Source: Leucoraja erinacea (Eukaryota). Taken from it: a DNA stretch of 64,000 nt. The stretch covers positions 16,182,001-16,246,000 of the forward strand of contig NC_073393.1 in the NCBI RefSeq assembly GCF_028641065.1, in the 5' to 3' direction. Of this stretch, positions 14,268 through 28,098 are shown piece by piece. A program made the translations under genes and the position numbers. A model generated the notes under the pieces. The model ran no database searches. It saw nothing but the letters and a program-made list of their open reading frames with translations, and was not told where the DNA came from. How positions within the stretch are numbered: position 1 is the first letter of the stretch; each line of letters begins with the position of its first letter.

Positions 14268-14490
14268 GAAGATAGAGACAAAAAGCTGCAGTAACTCAGC
14301 GGGACAGGCAGCCTCTCTGGAGAGAAGGAATGGCTGATATTTTGGGTCGAGACCCTTCTTAGGGGCAGACGTCTCGACCTGAAACATCACCCATTCCTTC
14401 TCTTCAGAGATGCTGCCTGTCCTGCTAAGTTACTCCAGCTTTTTGTGTCTATCTTTGGTTTAAACCAGCATCTGCAATTCCTTTCTATGC
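14268..14490. repeat. Inverted pair of Penelope-type terminal-repeat fragments
   Basis: Arms of about 90 bp (agatagagacaaaaagctg...gtcgagac / gtctcgac...cagctttttgtgtctatct). Similar foldbacks at about 4250-4430, 7370-7550, 18275-18430 and 25470-25620. Confidence 0.7.
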
Positions 14491-14629
14491 ATTTATTCTA
14501 AATATGGTTGGAAACGGGATTTTAGAAGGCCATTCACATTTGTTGTTTGTTGTTAAACATTTGAAGATTCCAGACATACAATGTCCAGTCCAGCATGGAA
14601 CTTTTGTCCAAAATAAACAGCCTTATTGG

Positions 14630-14935
14630 ATGGCACGGTTGTGCAACGGTAGAATTGCTGCCTTACAACGCCAGGTACCCAGGTTCGATCCTGACTACAT
14701 TGCTATCTGTATGGAGTTTGTACGTTCTCCACATGATCGGCGTGGGTTTTCTCCTAGAAGCTATGTTTTCCTCCCACACTCCCAAGACCTATAGTTGTGT
14801 AGGCTAATTGGCTTGGCTTAAATGTAAATTGTCCTTGGGGGGTATAGAATAGTGCTAATGCGCAGTGATCACTGGTTGGTGTGGATTTGGTGGGCTGAAG
14901 GGCCTGTTTCCGTGCTGTATCTCTAAACTAAACTA
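14630..14935 (+). mobile_element. HE1/V-SINE-like element
   Basis: tRNA-like head with ggttcgatcc, core ggagtttgtacgttctcc, CR1-like tail ending (ctaaa)n. Confidence 0.7.
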
Positions 14936-16616
14936 TTCAAAACAAAACTAATTGGGTTTCTTTGATCATCATTCATACACATTGTGTGGATTTCAGGGCC
15001 TTTTCGCTAGGGGAAATTTTGACCTTGTCCAATGGCGTATATGATGGCGAACAGTCAATGATTAATTGTTTAATTATTATTTCTGTTATTTGATTTCCAC
15101 AAATATAAGGAATTGTATGGTCACTTTTCATACCAATATATAGGATAAGGTTTTGTTCGCACATGTGATATAAAGTTACATTTTATTCAGACACTGTGCT
15201 TTGGATAAAAAATTGTTGAATAAAGTGTGAAATTTCATTCCACAGTGAATTGCATTCAATTGCACATTGAAGGATAGTAATGTAATCAACATTCACGGAA
15301 AATGCTATAAACATTCAGCAGACTGACCCCATCTGTAGACAGTACAACAGAGTTGATGTTTCAGGTTGAAGATACTTTATCAGAACTGGTAATGTGAGAA
15401 AATTAATTGGGTTTAAATTGAAGGAAAATTGACGAACCAAGAGAATACCTAAGGTAGGAAGAGGCCAGGGTTGCAATAGGTATATAGGCCTGTTGCAAAG
15501 CTGCCTGATTGTTAGATTCATAATAGAAGTGAGAGAAAGAAGGAGAGGGAATGAACACAAGGATATGTAAAGTAACTAAACGTTTCCCATGTATGTTGCA
15601 GAAAACTGAGGCCAAAAGGGGAATGGTGGACAAGGCCAGTAGATCATTCAGTATCTGTGGAGTGAGAAAAAAATCTGTTAATATTACAGATAGTGCTTCA
15701 ACACTCATCCCGGGTCACCTGATTGATGCTTGAATCCGAGAATTTTCAGGGTATATGTAACATTGTTCCATGGTATAGGAAAAATAGGTAAAATAGTTTG
15801 GGCATTAATATAACTATCTGACGGACAATCATCTGCCATGCATTTACCACAATGTGATTTCCACAACTGCCTTCAATGTTCACTCCACAATTTTCTTTTG
15901 CAGAGAACATTTCAATGTTGTGATTTCCCAAGTCATCTTGCGCATTGCTGCGTATACCTCAGTTACAGCATTCCACACTAATTATTGCAAGTGAGCAGAG
16001 AGACAAGTGACTCAACCTTTTCAGTTTACTTTTTCAGTCGGCAGCAATTCTGATTTCTCATGAATACATTTGCAACCAAGCAATTTCTACATGCTGTATA
16101 TTTATTTTATTTTCATGCATATTATATATGCTTTGTTTAAATAGCTACTGTCAATATAATAGACTTTGAAAGTGCAACTATGGGTGTAATGTAAACAGTT
16201 ACGTCTGTTTACATAATTTCAGAGCTATCTTGGTTGTGTCCCCATGGAGGTAACAAATAAAGCTTTTTGTTAAACGTTTGTCTTGTGAGATATGCTTTCA
16301 TTTTACTGTTAATAAGTCAGTACATAAGTTCTTCCTTTGTAAGCAAGTGTGCAATTAAAGTTGACATAGTGTATCCCCCAAATCAAAAGTGCATGTGTCA
16401 TTTTCAACAACTTAGTGATAATATTGAATTCATTCAATCCAGTACTGCCTGCAATGTGTACTGTAAATTGTGAAATGTCTGCATTTCAGCAGCTACATAG
16501 GAATATTAATAATAGGAGCAGTATCTGGTCACTCAAGACTGTACCACGATTCAATATGATTGAGGCTGATCAGCCCAAGGCCATTTTATTTCTGTGCTTC
16601 TTCATCTCACCACAGG

Positions 16617-16923
16617 TGGCATGGGGGAACAGCGGTAGAGCTGCTGCCTCACAGCGCCAGAGACCCGGGTTTGATCCTCACTACGGGGTGCTGTCTGTAT
16701 GGAGTTTGCACATTCTCCGCCTGACCTGTGGGTGTTTTCTCCAGGTGCTCTTGTTTCCCACACACTCCAACACTCCAAAGACGTGCAGATTTGCAGATTA
16801 ATTGGCTTGGGGAACATTATAAAACGTCCCTGGTGTTAGTGAGGGTGGATCACAGGTTGGCGCGGACTCATTGGGCCGAGTGGCCTGATTCTGCATTGTA
16901 TCATTAAACTTAACTAAACTAAA
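16617..16923 (+). mobile_element. HE1/V-SINE-like element
   Basis: Same organisation as 14630-14935. Confidence 0.7.
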
Positions 16924-17660
16924 CACCAGTTGTCAATGCAACATACTGTTTCATTTTGAAATATGTGAATCACTTTAATCAGTATTCCTTTGTGATGTAA
17001 GGGTTAAATGTGAAGATGTATTGCCCATCGGTTTGAATAAACTGATTTTTTATCAAAAATCCACAGAGCAGTATCTACTTCAATTGATGTGGTTTCTAAT
17101 ATGTTCCACTTGTATTGCAATGCTTCATTGCACTGGTTCCAGTTAAGGAAGGAAATGGTTGGTGCCTACTTAGCTTTGAGCAGATGGTCACCGTGAGTTA
17201 CAAACTTCCTGTTCATTGAGCTTTCTAAAATACCATTGTGTGTAAAAAAAAATGTCAGGTACATTTCTTCAGGGATTTCTTGGGTTTGTTTTCATGAAGA
17301 TAGTGAAGAAAACAAATCAATAAAATGTTTGTCTATCATTTACTATCATATTATGTGCAGTTGATTTATCTTTCTTTATTACAATATACATAATTGATGG
17401 GCAATCAATACACTGTGTAGGATATCCACACCCCCCCCAGCCCAACCCCCACCAAACAGAAAAGGTGGCTAAGGCAGTATGACCAATTACTAAACTTAAA
17501 TTACATATTCTCATATAAACCTGAAGTTTCAGCTCGGTATCTGCACGATAGAAGGCATCCAATCTGGATGTCCCAGAGCTTGGTTTAGCAAATGCATTGG
17601 CTAAGACCTCAGGAAATTGCAGAGTTGAAGATGCATTCCAGCCAATTAGGCAAACCAACC

Positions 17661-17697
<37 letters not shown>

Positions 17698-19070
17698 AAC
17701 TAAGCCCCCCCCTCCCAAAATCCATCCATATATTTAGATTATAAATGTGCTATTACAGAAAGAGTCTGGTCTCAGGAAAGAGGTGAAAAATATCAAAAAT
17801 GTTAGTGGGTAAACCACCACAACAATATTTCCTGTTATAACTGAAAATCTGGTCATATTTTAAGATTTCTATTACACAAGTACAGAAGCAGGAAACCTAC
17901 CTCAAGATTTTTAACTTGAAGAGGCAACGAGTTTTATGGACATTTAGGCAGACTGATTGAGAATGCTTGGGTATAATTAAATTATCTCCATAACTTATAT
18001 CTCCAAAATCTGTGATCCTGTAAGTCAAATGACACAAGCCTATGAATAAACAGTACTTCAAAATCTTCATCTTAATTTTTGGTGTAATAGAACTGCTTTG
18101 CAACCAGTGTCAGAAGGTCAACAAAGTTGCTCCGTCGTTGGTTTAAGTATGAAAAGGAAGCAAATATCTCTGCCCCAGTTGAGAATGGGGCTGACCCATT
18201 TATCCAACTCAGTTTTTTTCATGTAAATAATAAATAAAATCTGATTTCAGCCACACTTAATTTCATATTGTAAAAACAAGGAACTGCAGATGCTATTTAA
18301 TGCCAAAGGAAGACACAAAATGCTGGAGTAACATAGCAGGGCTGAAGAAGGGTCCCAACCCAAAACATCACCTATGCATATTCTTTAGGGATATACCTGA
18401 CCTCATTTAGATATTCTGTCATTTTGTGTCTTTCTTTTACACTTAATTTCCATTTAGTTCATTGTTTGTAATTGGTACAGTAGTGAGAATGGAATGAAAG
18501 ATAGTGTGCAAAATTTAATGGGCAGGCTTCCTGTTTATCATTGCCAATGTAATGGACTAGTGTATTTATATGCTTGAATACTTCAAGATACCATGGTTCA
18601 TCGTTGTATAATTTTCCAATGGATCACCACTTTCGTTAAAGTGCATCCTTTTTATAAAAGTCAGTGTTTAAAATTGATCGAGTCAATGAAATACCTATAC
18701 GTGCAGTTGCCTTGATTTAATGAAACCATCAAATAGTGCCACATGGAGGTCACTTGATCTTGGGTGCATATGTGATGCTTGAAAATGCTATAAAATTTTT
18801 AGCTCAAGCCCCATTTTATTACCAATAATTTGGCAAATTAATCCCCTGCAAATTAATTTCCAATGGCCTTTTGTAAACTCTCTTTTAAGCTGATTTTGTC
18901 AGATAATCCATCAGTTGGTGCATCTGAGATCTTAACAACACTCCATGATAGAACATTATTACCAGCTTGTGTTGGAAGGAACTACAGATGCTGTTTTAAA
19001 TCGAAGATAGACATAAAATGCTGGAGTAACTCAATGGGACAATCAGCATCTCTGGAGAGAAGGAATGGGT

Positions 19071-19100
19071 GACGTTTCGGGTTGAGACCCTTCTTCAGAC
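19071..19100 (-). ncRNA. Minimal type-I hammerhead ribozyme core in a Penelope-type terminal repeat (representative copy)
   Basis: Minus strand reads gtCTGAAGA-agggt-ctca-accc-GAAAC-GTC: CUGANGA box, stem II, GAAA box, palindromic ACGU stem III and a GUC cleavage triplet. Confidence 0.6.
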
Positions 19101-20249
19101 GTGTAATTAAACAAAATCAAAATTACACTGGAATGATAATTTTAATTATAAAGATGTTGCCGTAGAGAAAGACATCAGCCTGAATATCAATTGTGTTTCA
19201 CAATTCTCATAACAGGTTACAATATAATGAACATAGTACTGATATATGGAGCTTATTACTCAGAAAAATCATCTCCATTTATCTTATGTTCTCAACAAAC
19301 CCATGGTGTTCTTCCCAAGAGGCTTCTCCTCATGATACTGCATCATAACATGGCCGAAATGGATTTTAGATTTGACAAAGTTCTGCATAGTAGGCTGGTA
19401 GAGAAGGGCACTTGGGGGGCAATGTTAGTGGACTGATGAGTAAATGTACATTGGACTGCACATGACATTGACGAAAGAGTAGATAGCAAAGAAGATTGTA
19501 AAATGATACAGAGTGACAACGATCAGTTGGAGAGTTGGGTAGAGTGGTGGCAGGTGGAACCTAATCCAGGCAAGTGGGAGATAATGCATTCTGGGACATG
19601 AAAATCAAACAGTATACTGTATATACAGTAAATGGCTGAGACTTCAGGACTGTTGGTGTACAGAAGGACCTTGGGATACAAGTTCGTAGTGCCCTGAAGA
19701 TGGCAACACAGATGGGTAGGTGAAAAAGGGATTGTGTGTGTTTGCCTTCATCGATAAGAGTTGGGAAAACAAATTTGCTCCTGTACAAACATTGGTCAGG
19801 CTGCACTTGGTGTGTTGTATGCAGTAATATTAAATGTGATAGCTGGCTGGAAATTAGTTGTGAATTTAACAAAATCTATGAATTGTGTCTTCCATTGTTA
19901 AACATCCTCACTCCTACACTTCTAATGGAAGGAAGGTCATTAATGAAATAGCTGAAGATAGTTGTACCCAGGACACAGCACAAAGAAACTCCTGCAGTGA
20001 AGTTTTTATGGTGACATGATTATACCCATTTACTTTCTAATTCATAACCCTTTCCAGTAAGTAGTTTATTCTTCACATTTCTTTTTCTTTCCTTGTTCTC
20101 CCTTCCATACTATATTGCTTGCTTTGATTTTTACCTGCCACTGATCTCAGCATCTAACAGATGATTTATTTCATTTTTCTCCTTACTCTTCACCGACATT
20201 CCTAATATTCTATTACCTGGATTAAAAAAAATGTTTCCTTCATCCCAAT

Positions 20250-20771
20250 AGACAATAGAAAATAGGAGCAGGAGTAGGCCATTCAGCCCTTCGGCCCTTC
20301 GAGCCAGGGTACTGCCATTCACTGTGATCATGGCTGATCACCCACAATCAGTACCCCATTCCTGCCTTCTCCACATATCCCTTGACTGTAATCTTTAAGC
20401 GCCCTATCTAACTCTCTCTTGAAAGCATCCAGAGAATCAACCTCCACTGCCTTCGGAGGCAGAGAATTCCATAGATTCACTACTCTCTGGGTGAGAAATG
20501 GTCTCCTCATCTCCATTCCAAATGGCCTATTCTTAAACTGTGGCCCCTGGTTCTGGACTCCCCCAACATTGGGAACATGTTTCCTGCCTCTAGCATGTCC
20601 AATCTCTTAATAATCTTATATGTTTCAATAAGATCCGCTCTCATCCTTCTAAATTCCAGTGTATACAAGCCCAGCCGCTCCATTATTAATACATATGACA
20701 GTCACGCCATCCCAGGTATTAGCCTGGTGAACCTACGCTGCACCCCCTCAATAGCAAGAATGTCCTTCCTC
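20250..20771 (-). mobile_element. CR1 3' fragment
   Basis: FLTQRVVNLWNSLP motif; 3' UTR hairpin and tail. Confidence 0.8.
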
Positions 20772-21600
20772 AACTTTTATTTTATTTTTAATTGTGTATA
20801 TGTGGGGGGGGGGGATCTTTCGAATCTCTTCCCTGAACGGGGACGTGAACTTTTCCCTGTCATGTCTCCGTTTTTGTTGGGGCCTAACATCGTGGAGATG
20901 GCGGGCCTCCAACCGGAATCGACCTGGGGGCTCCAGTTGCAGAGCCTGCGGACTCGCCATCACGGAGCTGGCTGACTTCGGAGCACGTAGCACTGTGGTG
21001 TCGCACGTCTGTGACCCGACTTCGGAGGCTTCGGCTGCAGGCCCTGTGGACGGTAGCATCGGGAGCTCGCGGGTCCCTAGTGGGGGACCGCTTTTCGGAG
21101 CTCCCGCAACGGCAACTTCTCCCGCCCGAATCGAGGGGTTTAAATCGATTTTAAACCGTCCCGGAGCAGGGCCTCACATCGCCCAGCGCAGATTAAACAG
21201 CCGCGGGACTTACCATCGCCCGCTGGGGGCTCCAACATCAAGAGCCTCGATCAGCTCGATGCAGCAGTTTGATTGCTTGACCATGGGAGAAGAATAAAGA
21301 ACAGAGAACAGGGAAGAGATAAGACTTTTGCCTTACATCACAGTGAGGAGGTTTTTGGAGATTCACTGTGATTCAGATTCAGATTCAATTTTAATTGTCA
21401 TTGTCAGTGTACAGTACAGAGACAACGAAATGCATTGCCTACAACTGAAATACAACATACAACTGTGATGGATGTTTGTGTGGAATTGTGTTAATTGTGC
21501 GTTTTGGGTTTTTTTGCTGTTATGACTGCAGGAGCACAATTTTGTTTGAGCCTTGTTTGTTTAAATGACAATAAATGGCATTCTATTGTATTCTATTCAA
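20772..21600 (+). mobile_element. GC-rich non-coding repeat, same family
   Basis: Core catcgggagctcgcgggtcc...ggagctcccgcaacgg, and a caataaa...(attct)n tail. Confidence 0.55.
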
Positions 21601-23983
21601 TCTTAACCTCAATCTCTCTGCTGTAAACGCTAAAAACTATAAAAACTTATTAATGCCATTCGAAACTGAATTGAAATCATTCAATTGTACATCGGGCCGT
21701 CCGTAGCGGTGACTACGGTGAACAAAGGAGGAAGATTGACTAAATGTTATTGCCTTCCATCACAGTGAAGAATGTTGATTCCACTGTGGTGGATGTTTAT
21801 GTTAAACTCTATTGTGTATTGTGCTCTTTTTTGATAGCATGGCTGCATGGTAACTCATATCACTTATTTGGTGCATGTGACAAATAAATGTGAACTTGAA
21901 CTTTAAGTATTGCATTTTTAAAAAGCTTTTATAAATGGAAAGCTTAGAGAAAGAGAAAAAAATGACAGGAGTGTGAAGAAACTTGAACTAAGAACTTTAG
22001 GTGTATTAATTATGGTGTCCTATGTATTTTATATGCAAGGTGATAGAAAAAATCATGGTACAGGATGAGATGTAAGTTTGATGTGGGTAACTTATTTTGA
22101 AAACATCAATAGGATATCTATTGACATCTAAGGTACACATTTTTTTAAAGAAATATGTGCTACTTTGCTTATGCATTAATCATAGTTTAATGATTGTATA
22201 GATTTAGGTTTATTGGTTTTAAAACAGCCTTTTCTAAACTATTTATTCTTGTTTCAAGATGTGGGTATTCCATAGATGAAAGTCCAAGCAATTAACCGTT
22301 ACATTTAATAGCATTACTGTCACCATAATATTCTCCATCCACATCTGACGAGCTGAGCATTTATTGCTTTTCCTTAATTGCCCTTAAGGAGGTGCTGGTG
22401 AGCCATATTACTAATCATCTGATAAGTGTAAACACACAGTGCTGATAGAGGAAATTCAGAAAATTAGAAGAAAGATGAGTAGCTTGTAACATAAGCTTAT
22501 TTACTGGGAAAGCATGATTGGAAAAGATGCCAACACAATGAAGGGAACTTGAGGATGTTAGAAGAGGCAATGTATAGATTTATCAGGTGTAAAATTCACA
22601 TGCAACGGAAACCAGAGGTGTCCTTTATTGCAAAGATAGACACAAAATACTGGAGTCACAGTATGTGTGGGTGTCCATTTGTTACTTTATTATTCATCAT
22701 TCATCATTACTGGGATTTAAACCTGACACTCCATACTCAACAGCTCTGCTGAAGCACATTCACCAAAATGACTGCAGCAGTGCAAGACTCATTGCAATGA
22801 TAATAAATATAATTATGTGCTATGCTGGTTGAACTCTTTTTTAAATTATTTAAAAGACAAAAAAACTTTTAAAAAGCAATATAAAATGCCCATGGTATTC
22901 AAATATGCCTCTGGCAACAGGTTTATGTACCTTTGATGTAGGTGGGGTGTGATAATGAACAATGCACCTGTTTCTTTCATTATATAAGACACAAAAATTG
23001 ATAGAATTTAGTACAGTAAAGTTCAAGCTATTTGAAATGATTAAGTGCACTTATGATGTATGCACATAAAAGTTTGCATTATGTTCTAGTCAGTGTGTAA
23101 AACTGCCTCCAATGTTCCCAATTCAGCCATGAATGAATGGAGCAGTAGACTCAATGGGCTGAAGGGCCTAATTCTATTCTTATGTTTTACGATTTTATGC
23201 TGACTCAATCCCAATCAGTCTTACTCTTCTGACATTACTTCCATTTTTGTTTAATTTTCAATTTTAGAAATTCTATTATTCTCGTAATTGTTGTGCTTTT
23301 CCAAAAGGACGGATTTTTCTTGATATTCTCTAGGTGTGGTTTTGGATTATATTCTTATTGGTTTGATTTTCGGTATCAGGTGTAGCAACATACAGCAAAA
23401 GAACCTTGCTTACATTCTATCTAGTTAAATCATACTATGCATATGCAATCAACCCAGACTACAATATTTTGTGTAGGAAAGAACAAACACAGAATGCAGA
23501 ATTTAGTGTTACAGCTTTATAACATTATAGTTACAGAGAAAGTGCAGAAAAACAAAAAAGGGCGCAATGAGGTAGGTTGGGAGATAGGGATAACACTTTG
23601 GCTTATGGGAGAATGGTTCAGTGGTCTGAGTGCACCAAGGAAGACACGTTCCCAATTCTGCTGCACATACTTTCAAGCTTTTTTTATCTTCTGCCTAATA
23701 GAAGGTTGAAGAGGGAATAACTAGTTTTAAAATGGTCCTCAATAATGTTGTTAATGCCAAGTGCTTGGGCTTTTTTCCTGAGGCACGATGGTATGGGTGG
23801 AGTCCGTGAGGGAGTGACGGACTGCTTGTGTGATGAAACAAGCTACTTGCACAAATCTATGCAATTTTTTTGTACTTTTGGGCTGACCTGTTGCCAAACC
23901 AAGCTGTGATGCATCCGGATAGCATGGTTTCTGCAGTATTTCTATAGAAATTGCTAAGAATCATCGGAGGCCTGAGCAGGATA

Positions 23984-25146
23984 ACACAAAGTGCTGGAGT
24001 AACTCAGAAGGTCAGGAAGCATTTCCGGAGAACATGGATAGGTGACATTTCAGATTTGAACCCTTCTTCTGATTTATTATAGCAGGTGAGTGAACGCTGG
24101 ATGAGAGTTGGGGGTGGGGCAAGTAATAGATGGATTCATCTGAGGGATGGTTTGCAGATGGCTGGACAGAGATGCAAAGGCCACTAAAAGACTGAGAGAT
24201 AAGGAGAGAAAATGTGTGAATTTTGAATCAAGGAGAAGAGATGTAGGTGGAAGGGGGTGGAGGAAAGGGGAAAGAGGAGCAGGGTAGTGTGCGAAATGGG
24301 TATGCACAGAGAGAGAGGGTGAAGAAAAAAAGATAGAAGCTGGTTAGTTGGTAATCGAGCAGTATGGGAATGGGAAAGGGGGTTATTAGAATGAGAGCAA
24401 GTGTTTGATTAAACGGCTGTCGGCCGCTATGGCTACACTTCGTGTTGCCAATGTAAGGAAAGCTACATCGAGAGCCCAGAATGATGTAGATGAGTTTAGA
24501 GGAGGTGATTGTGATCTTTGGTCTCACATGGAAGGGCGACTGGGGTCTGTGGATGGATGTTATGGAGGAGGTGTAGGGACAACAGGTGTTACATTTCCTG
24601 CGGTTGTGGGGAAACGTACCTAGGAAGGGTGTGCTTTAGATGGGAAGGGATGAGTAAACAAAGGAGTTGCAGAGGGAATAGTTTCTGCAGAAAGTGGAAA
24701 GGAATGGGGAAGGGAAGATGTGACTGGTGGTGGAATCATGTTGATGGTAGTGGAAATGTTGGAGAATGATATGGTGGATGTAGAAGCTGGTGGGGGTGAG
24801 AGGTAAAAACCAGGCAAACTCTATCCTTTTAACAAATCAACAACTCCTCCCCTCCTCTTTATCTGCCACTCTTCCCTGTGGATGCATTTCTCCCACTATC
24901 CCCTTCTCCCCATTTGTTTCCACTTACATACCTTCCTCATGCCTCACAATTCATACATGTTCTCTATTTATATCCCTCCCCCCCTTTTCCTAGTGCTTTC
25001 ACCCGCTGACTACAATCAGTCTGAAGAAGGATTCATAGGTAGGCTGAAACATTGCCTATGCATGTTCTCTGGTTACGTTGCCTGACCTGCTGAGTTAATT
25101 CAGCAATCTGTGTTTTTTTGCTCAAGATTCCAACATCTCCAGTTAC
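23984..25146. mobile_element. Degenerate Penelope-like element with inverted terminal parts
   Basis: Remnant IYIILGSRCSFPYIGNTK (GIY-YIG-like) on the minus strand; terminal-repeat fragments in opposite orientation at both ends. Confidence 0.55.
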
Positions 25147-25835
25147 GATTCATTGGGGACATGCCACCCTGGGAACCTTCTGAGTCTTCTTATCAAGTCG
25201 AGGCATTAGTTTACTCTCCTCACCGCATCTTCAATTCGGATGGTCTAAAGCAAATTGTTGATGATAAACTCTCAAGCATTTCCACTTTGCCACCATGAAG
25301 CTGACTGGGACGTATACACCACCTTGTGATGTTAATAACTGGCAACTTCATCTTGAGGAAGAGGTTATTGCCTTAACACTATGTTACTATGTTATGGTGT
25401 TATTTAACTTAACATTATGTTACTAAGTTATGATGTTATTATGGTATTTCCGACTTCCTAATATCTACATTCAAGAAGGAACTGCAAATGCTGGAAAATC
25501 GAAGGTAGACAAAGGTGCTGGAGAAACTGAAGAAGGGTTTTGGCCCGAAACGTTGCCTATTTCCTTCGCTGCATAGATGCTGCCTCACCCGTTGAGTTTC
25601 TCCAGCACTTTTGTCTACCTTTCTAATATCTACAGTATTTTGTACCTCACGCCTCAAGATTTTTCTCTCCCCCATGTAATCATTCATGTCCTTCTACATA
25701 AATTCCCTCCAGACGTTCTGAAGAACAAAACATCAGCAGCATCCTCTCACTTTCAAGCAGAACCAAATTAGCAAAGTGGTCTTTGAGCTGCATCTCTGTT
25801 TCTCTAACTGCAGATACCACCCGTGTTAATGAATA

Positions 25836-26860
25836 TCTATATTAATAAAAGTCTGATCTTGACCACTTTCCTGTTGTTCTGTATATTGATTTTAGAAAAA
25901 ACGCTGCCACATACGGCTGTGATTTTTGGCCATCTTACTCAGAGTCTGCCTCCGCTGCGCAGGACAAGAGGATTTTTCCCATCAATGAAACATAAAAGTG
26001 TTATTAGTGTTTTAAAAATGTTGAGGATCTCTCTCCTGTCAATCACGCCATGAAGACCACACCCCTTCCGGTGGGAGGGGGAGGGATTATAAAACCCCGA
26101 AAGTGTGGGTGTGGCTCAGTTTCTGCAAGATAGGGAGGGAGAGGTCAGCACTCGGTCTGAGCTGTGAACCAACTGAACACACTGAATGTCTACTGAACAG
26201 TGAGTGGTGTTTTGTGGTGGTGTTTTGTGATGTTTTGATGTTTTTTATGTATGGTTTTATGGTGGTTTATGGTGGTTTCACCCTGCTTGAAATGGTATGA
26301 AACTGCATTTGAATTTGGTGGCCTTGCACCCTGCTTGAAATGGTGTGAAACTGCACTGGAATTTGGTGGCCTTGCACCCTGCTTGAGGTGGTGTGAAACT
26401 GCACTTGAATTCGGTGGCCTTGCACCCTGCTTGAAGTGGTAGGAAACTGCACTTGAATTCGATGGCCTTGCCCCCTGCTTGAAGTGGTAGGAAATTGCAG
26501 CTCAATTTGGTAGTCTTGCACCCTGCTTGAAGTGGTATGAAACTGCACTTGAATTTGGTGGCGTTGCACCCTGCTTGAAGTGGTAAGAAACTGCACTTGA
26601 ATTTGGTAGCCTTGCACCCTGCTTGAAATGGTAGGAAACTGCATTTGAATTTGGTGGCATTGCACCCTGCTTGAAATTGAATTTCAAGGAGTAGCCGTGA
26701 GTCAACTGCCAGCCCACCAGCTGTGAGTGAGCTGTCAGCACATCAGGCTTGAGTGACTGAGCTGCCAATCCAAGAATCCATTTGGCCCACAATGTCCATA
26801 CCAGCCCTCAGGAAACCAGCCCGTTCAGCCCTCAACACCCATACTAGCGCTCCAGAAAGA

Positions 26861-26898
<38 letters not shown>

Positions 26899-26989
26899 AC
26901 TGGCCCCCAATATTGGAATTGGTGGAGAGTGGAATATTTTGTTGCGGTACCTTGTGAACACGGGACCCAACGGGTCCCACTGAGTCTTG
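25836..26989 (+). mobile_element. Non-autonomous Helitron
   Basis: 5' A|TCTATATTAATAAAA, 3' hairpin GGGACCC-aac-GGGTCCC (26962-26978) followed by CTTG|T (a CTAG variant). Sits between A and T with no TSD. Confidence 0.7.
26279..26678. repeat. 48-bp minisatellite, about 8.3 copies, inside the Helitron
   Basis: Unit caccctgcttgaaatggtatgaaactgcatttgaatttggtggccttg; produces the 16-aa periodic ORFs in the track. Confidence 0.92.
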
Positions 26990-27414
26990 TTTCCACTATT
27001 TTCTATTTTGAAAACTTTCTCACTTTCTTTGGCTCTTCTCATAATTAGAAATATTCTTTGGGCATTCGCAACGTATCAGCATCGCATATCACAGAAAATG
27101 TATAATGTTCAGTGGAATATCTTTAGCGGACTTTGCCATAACAAATGTTCCTTCGAAACTTGCAGACAGTTTTAATGTATTATCTACACCAGTGCTCCGG
27201 AATTTGCGATTGATGAATTGGTAATTTTAGTGATAACATTAATCATTGCATGACCGAAAAGGCAAGATCCTTGATCTACACTAACGCCTGAAGTTTATTT
27301 CAAGCCGTCAGGGTTAGCTACAAACTCCGGTGAACGCGTGAATTAAACGTGAAAACCATGTTTGCTGCTGGTGTTCATAGATTGTCGGTTGACCCAAACG
27401 CGCTTAAAATCGCA

Positions 27415-27878
27415 GAAACATAGAAAAATAGGTGCAGAAGTAGGCCATTCGGCCCTTCGAGCCTGCCGCCATTCAATATGATCATGGCTGATCATCCAAC
27501 TCAGTATCCCGTACCTGCCTTCTCTGCATACCTCCTGATCCCTTTAGCCACAAGGGCCACATCTAACTCCCTCTTAAATATAACCAACTGGCCTCAACTA
27601 CCTTATGTGGCAGAGAGTTCAAGAGATTCACCACTCTCTTTGTGAAAAAAAAAAATTCTCATCTCGATCCTAAAGGATTTTCCCTCTATCCTTAAGCTGT
27701 GACCCCTTGTCCTGGACTTCCCCAACATCGGGAACAATCTTCCTGCATCTAGCCTGTCCAACCCCTTGAGAATTTTGTAAGTTTCTATACGATCCCCCCA
27801 CAATCTCCTAAATTCCAGCGAGTACAAGCCGAGCCTATCCAGTCTTTCTTCATATGGAAGTCCTGACATCCCAGGAAT
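27415..27878 (-). mobile_element. CR1 3' fragment
   Basis: IPGMSGLPYEERLDRLGLYSLE...; (gaaacata)n tail. Confidence 0.85.
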
Positions 27879-28098
27879 CGATTTAAATCTTTTTATTTTA
27901 ATTTCACAGCAATTTGCATACATACAATGATAACAGACAGTGACAGTCAAGGCATAATTGTGCAACAGTATGTAAGCGACCCTCAAAGCCCTTACCCTTA
28001 CCCACCTTCAACCCACCCAAGTCAGGTCGGAAACAAACGGGGACAAACAACACTCACATACATACACATCCACACAAATATGGTAAGATAAACGAAAC

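Noticed and set aside
17317-17718. Gly-rich ORF (and the Pro/Gly-rich ORFs at 26743-27042)
   Set aside because: Produced by poly-C tracts; no coding signature.
26279-26678. Regular repeat array resembling CRISPR, or a repetitive protein
   Set aside because: Units are contiguous with no unique spacers, the context is eukaryotic and inside a Helitron, and stops occur in the periodic frames.
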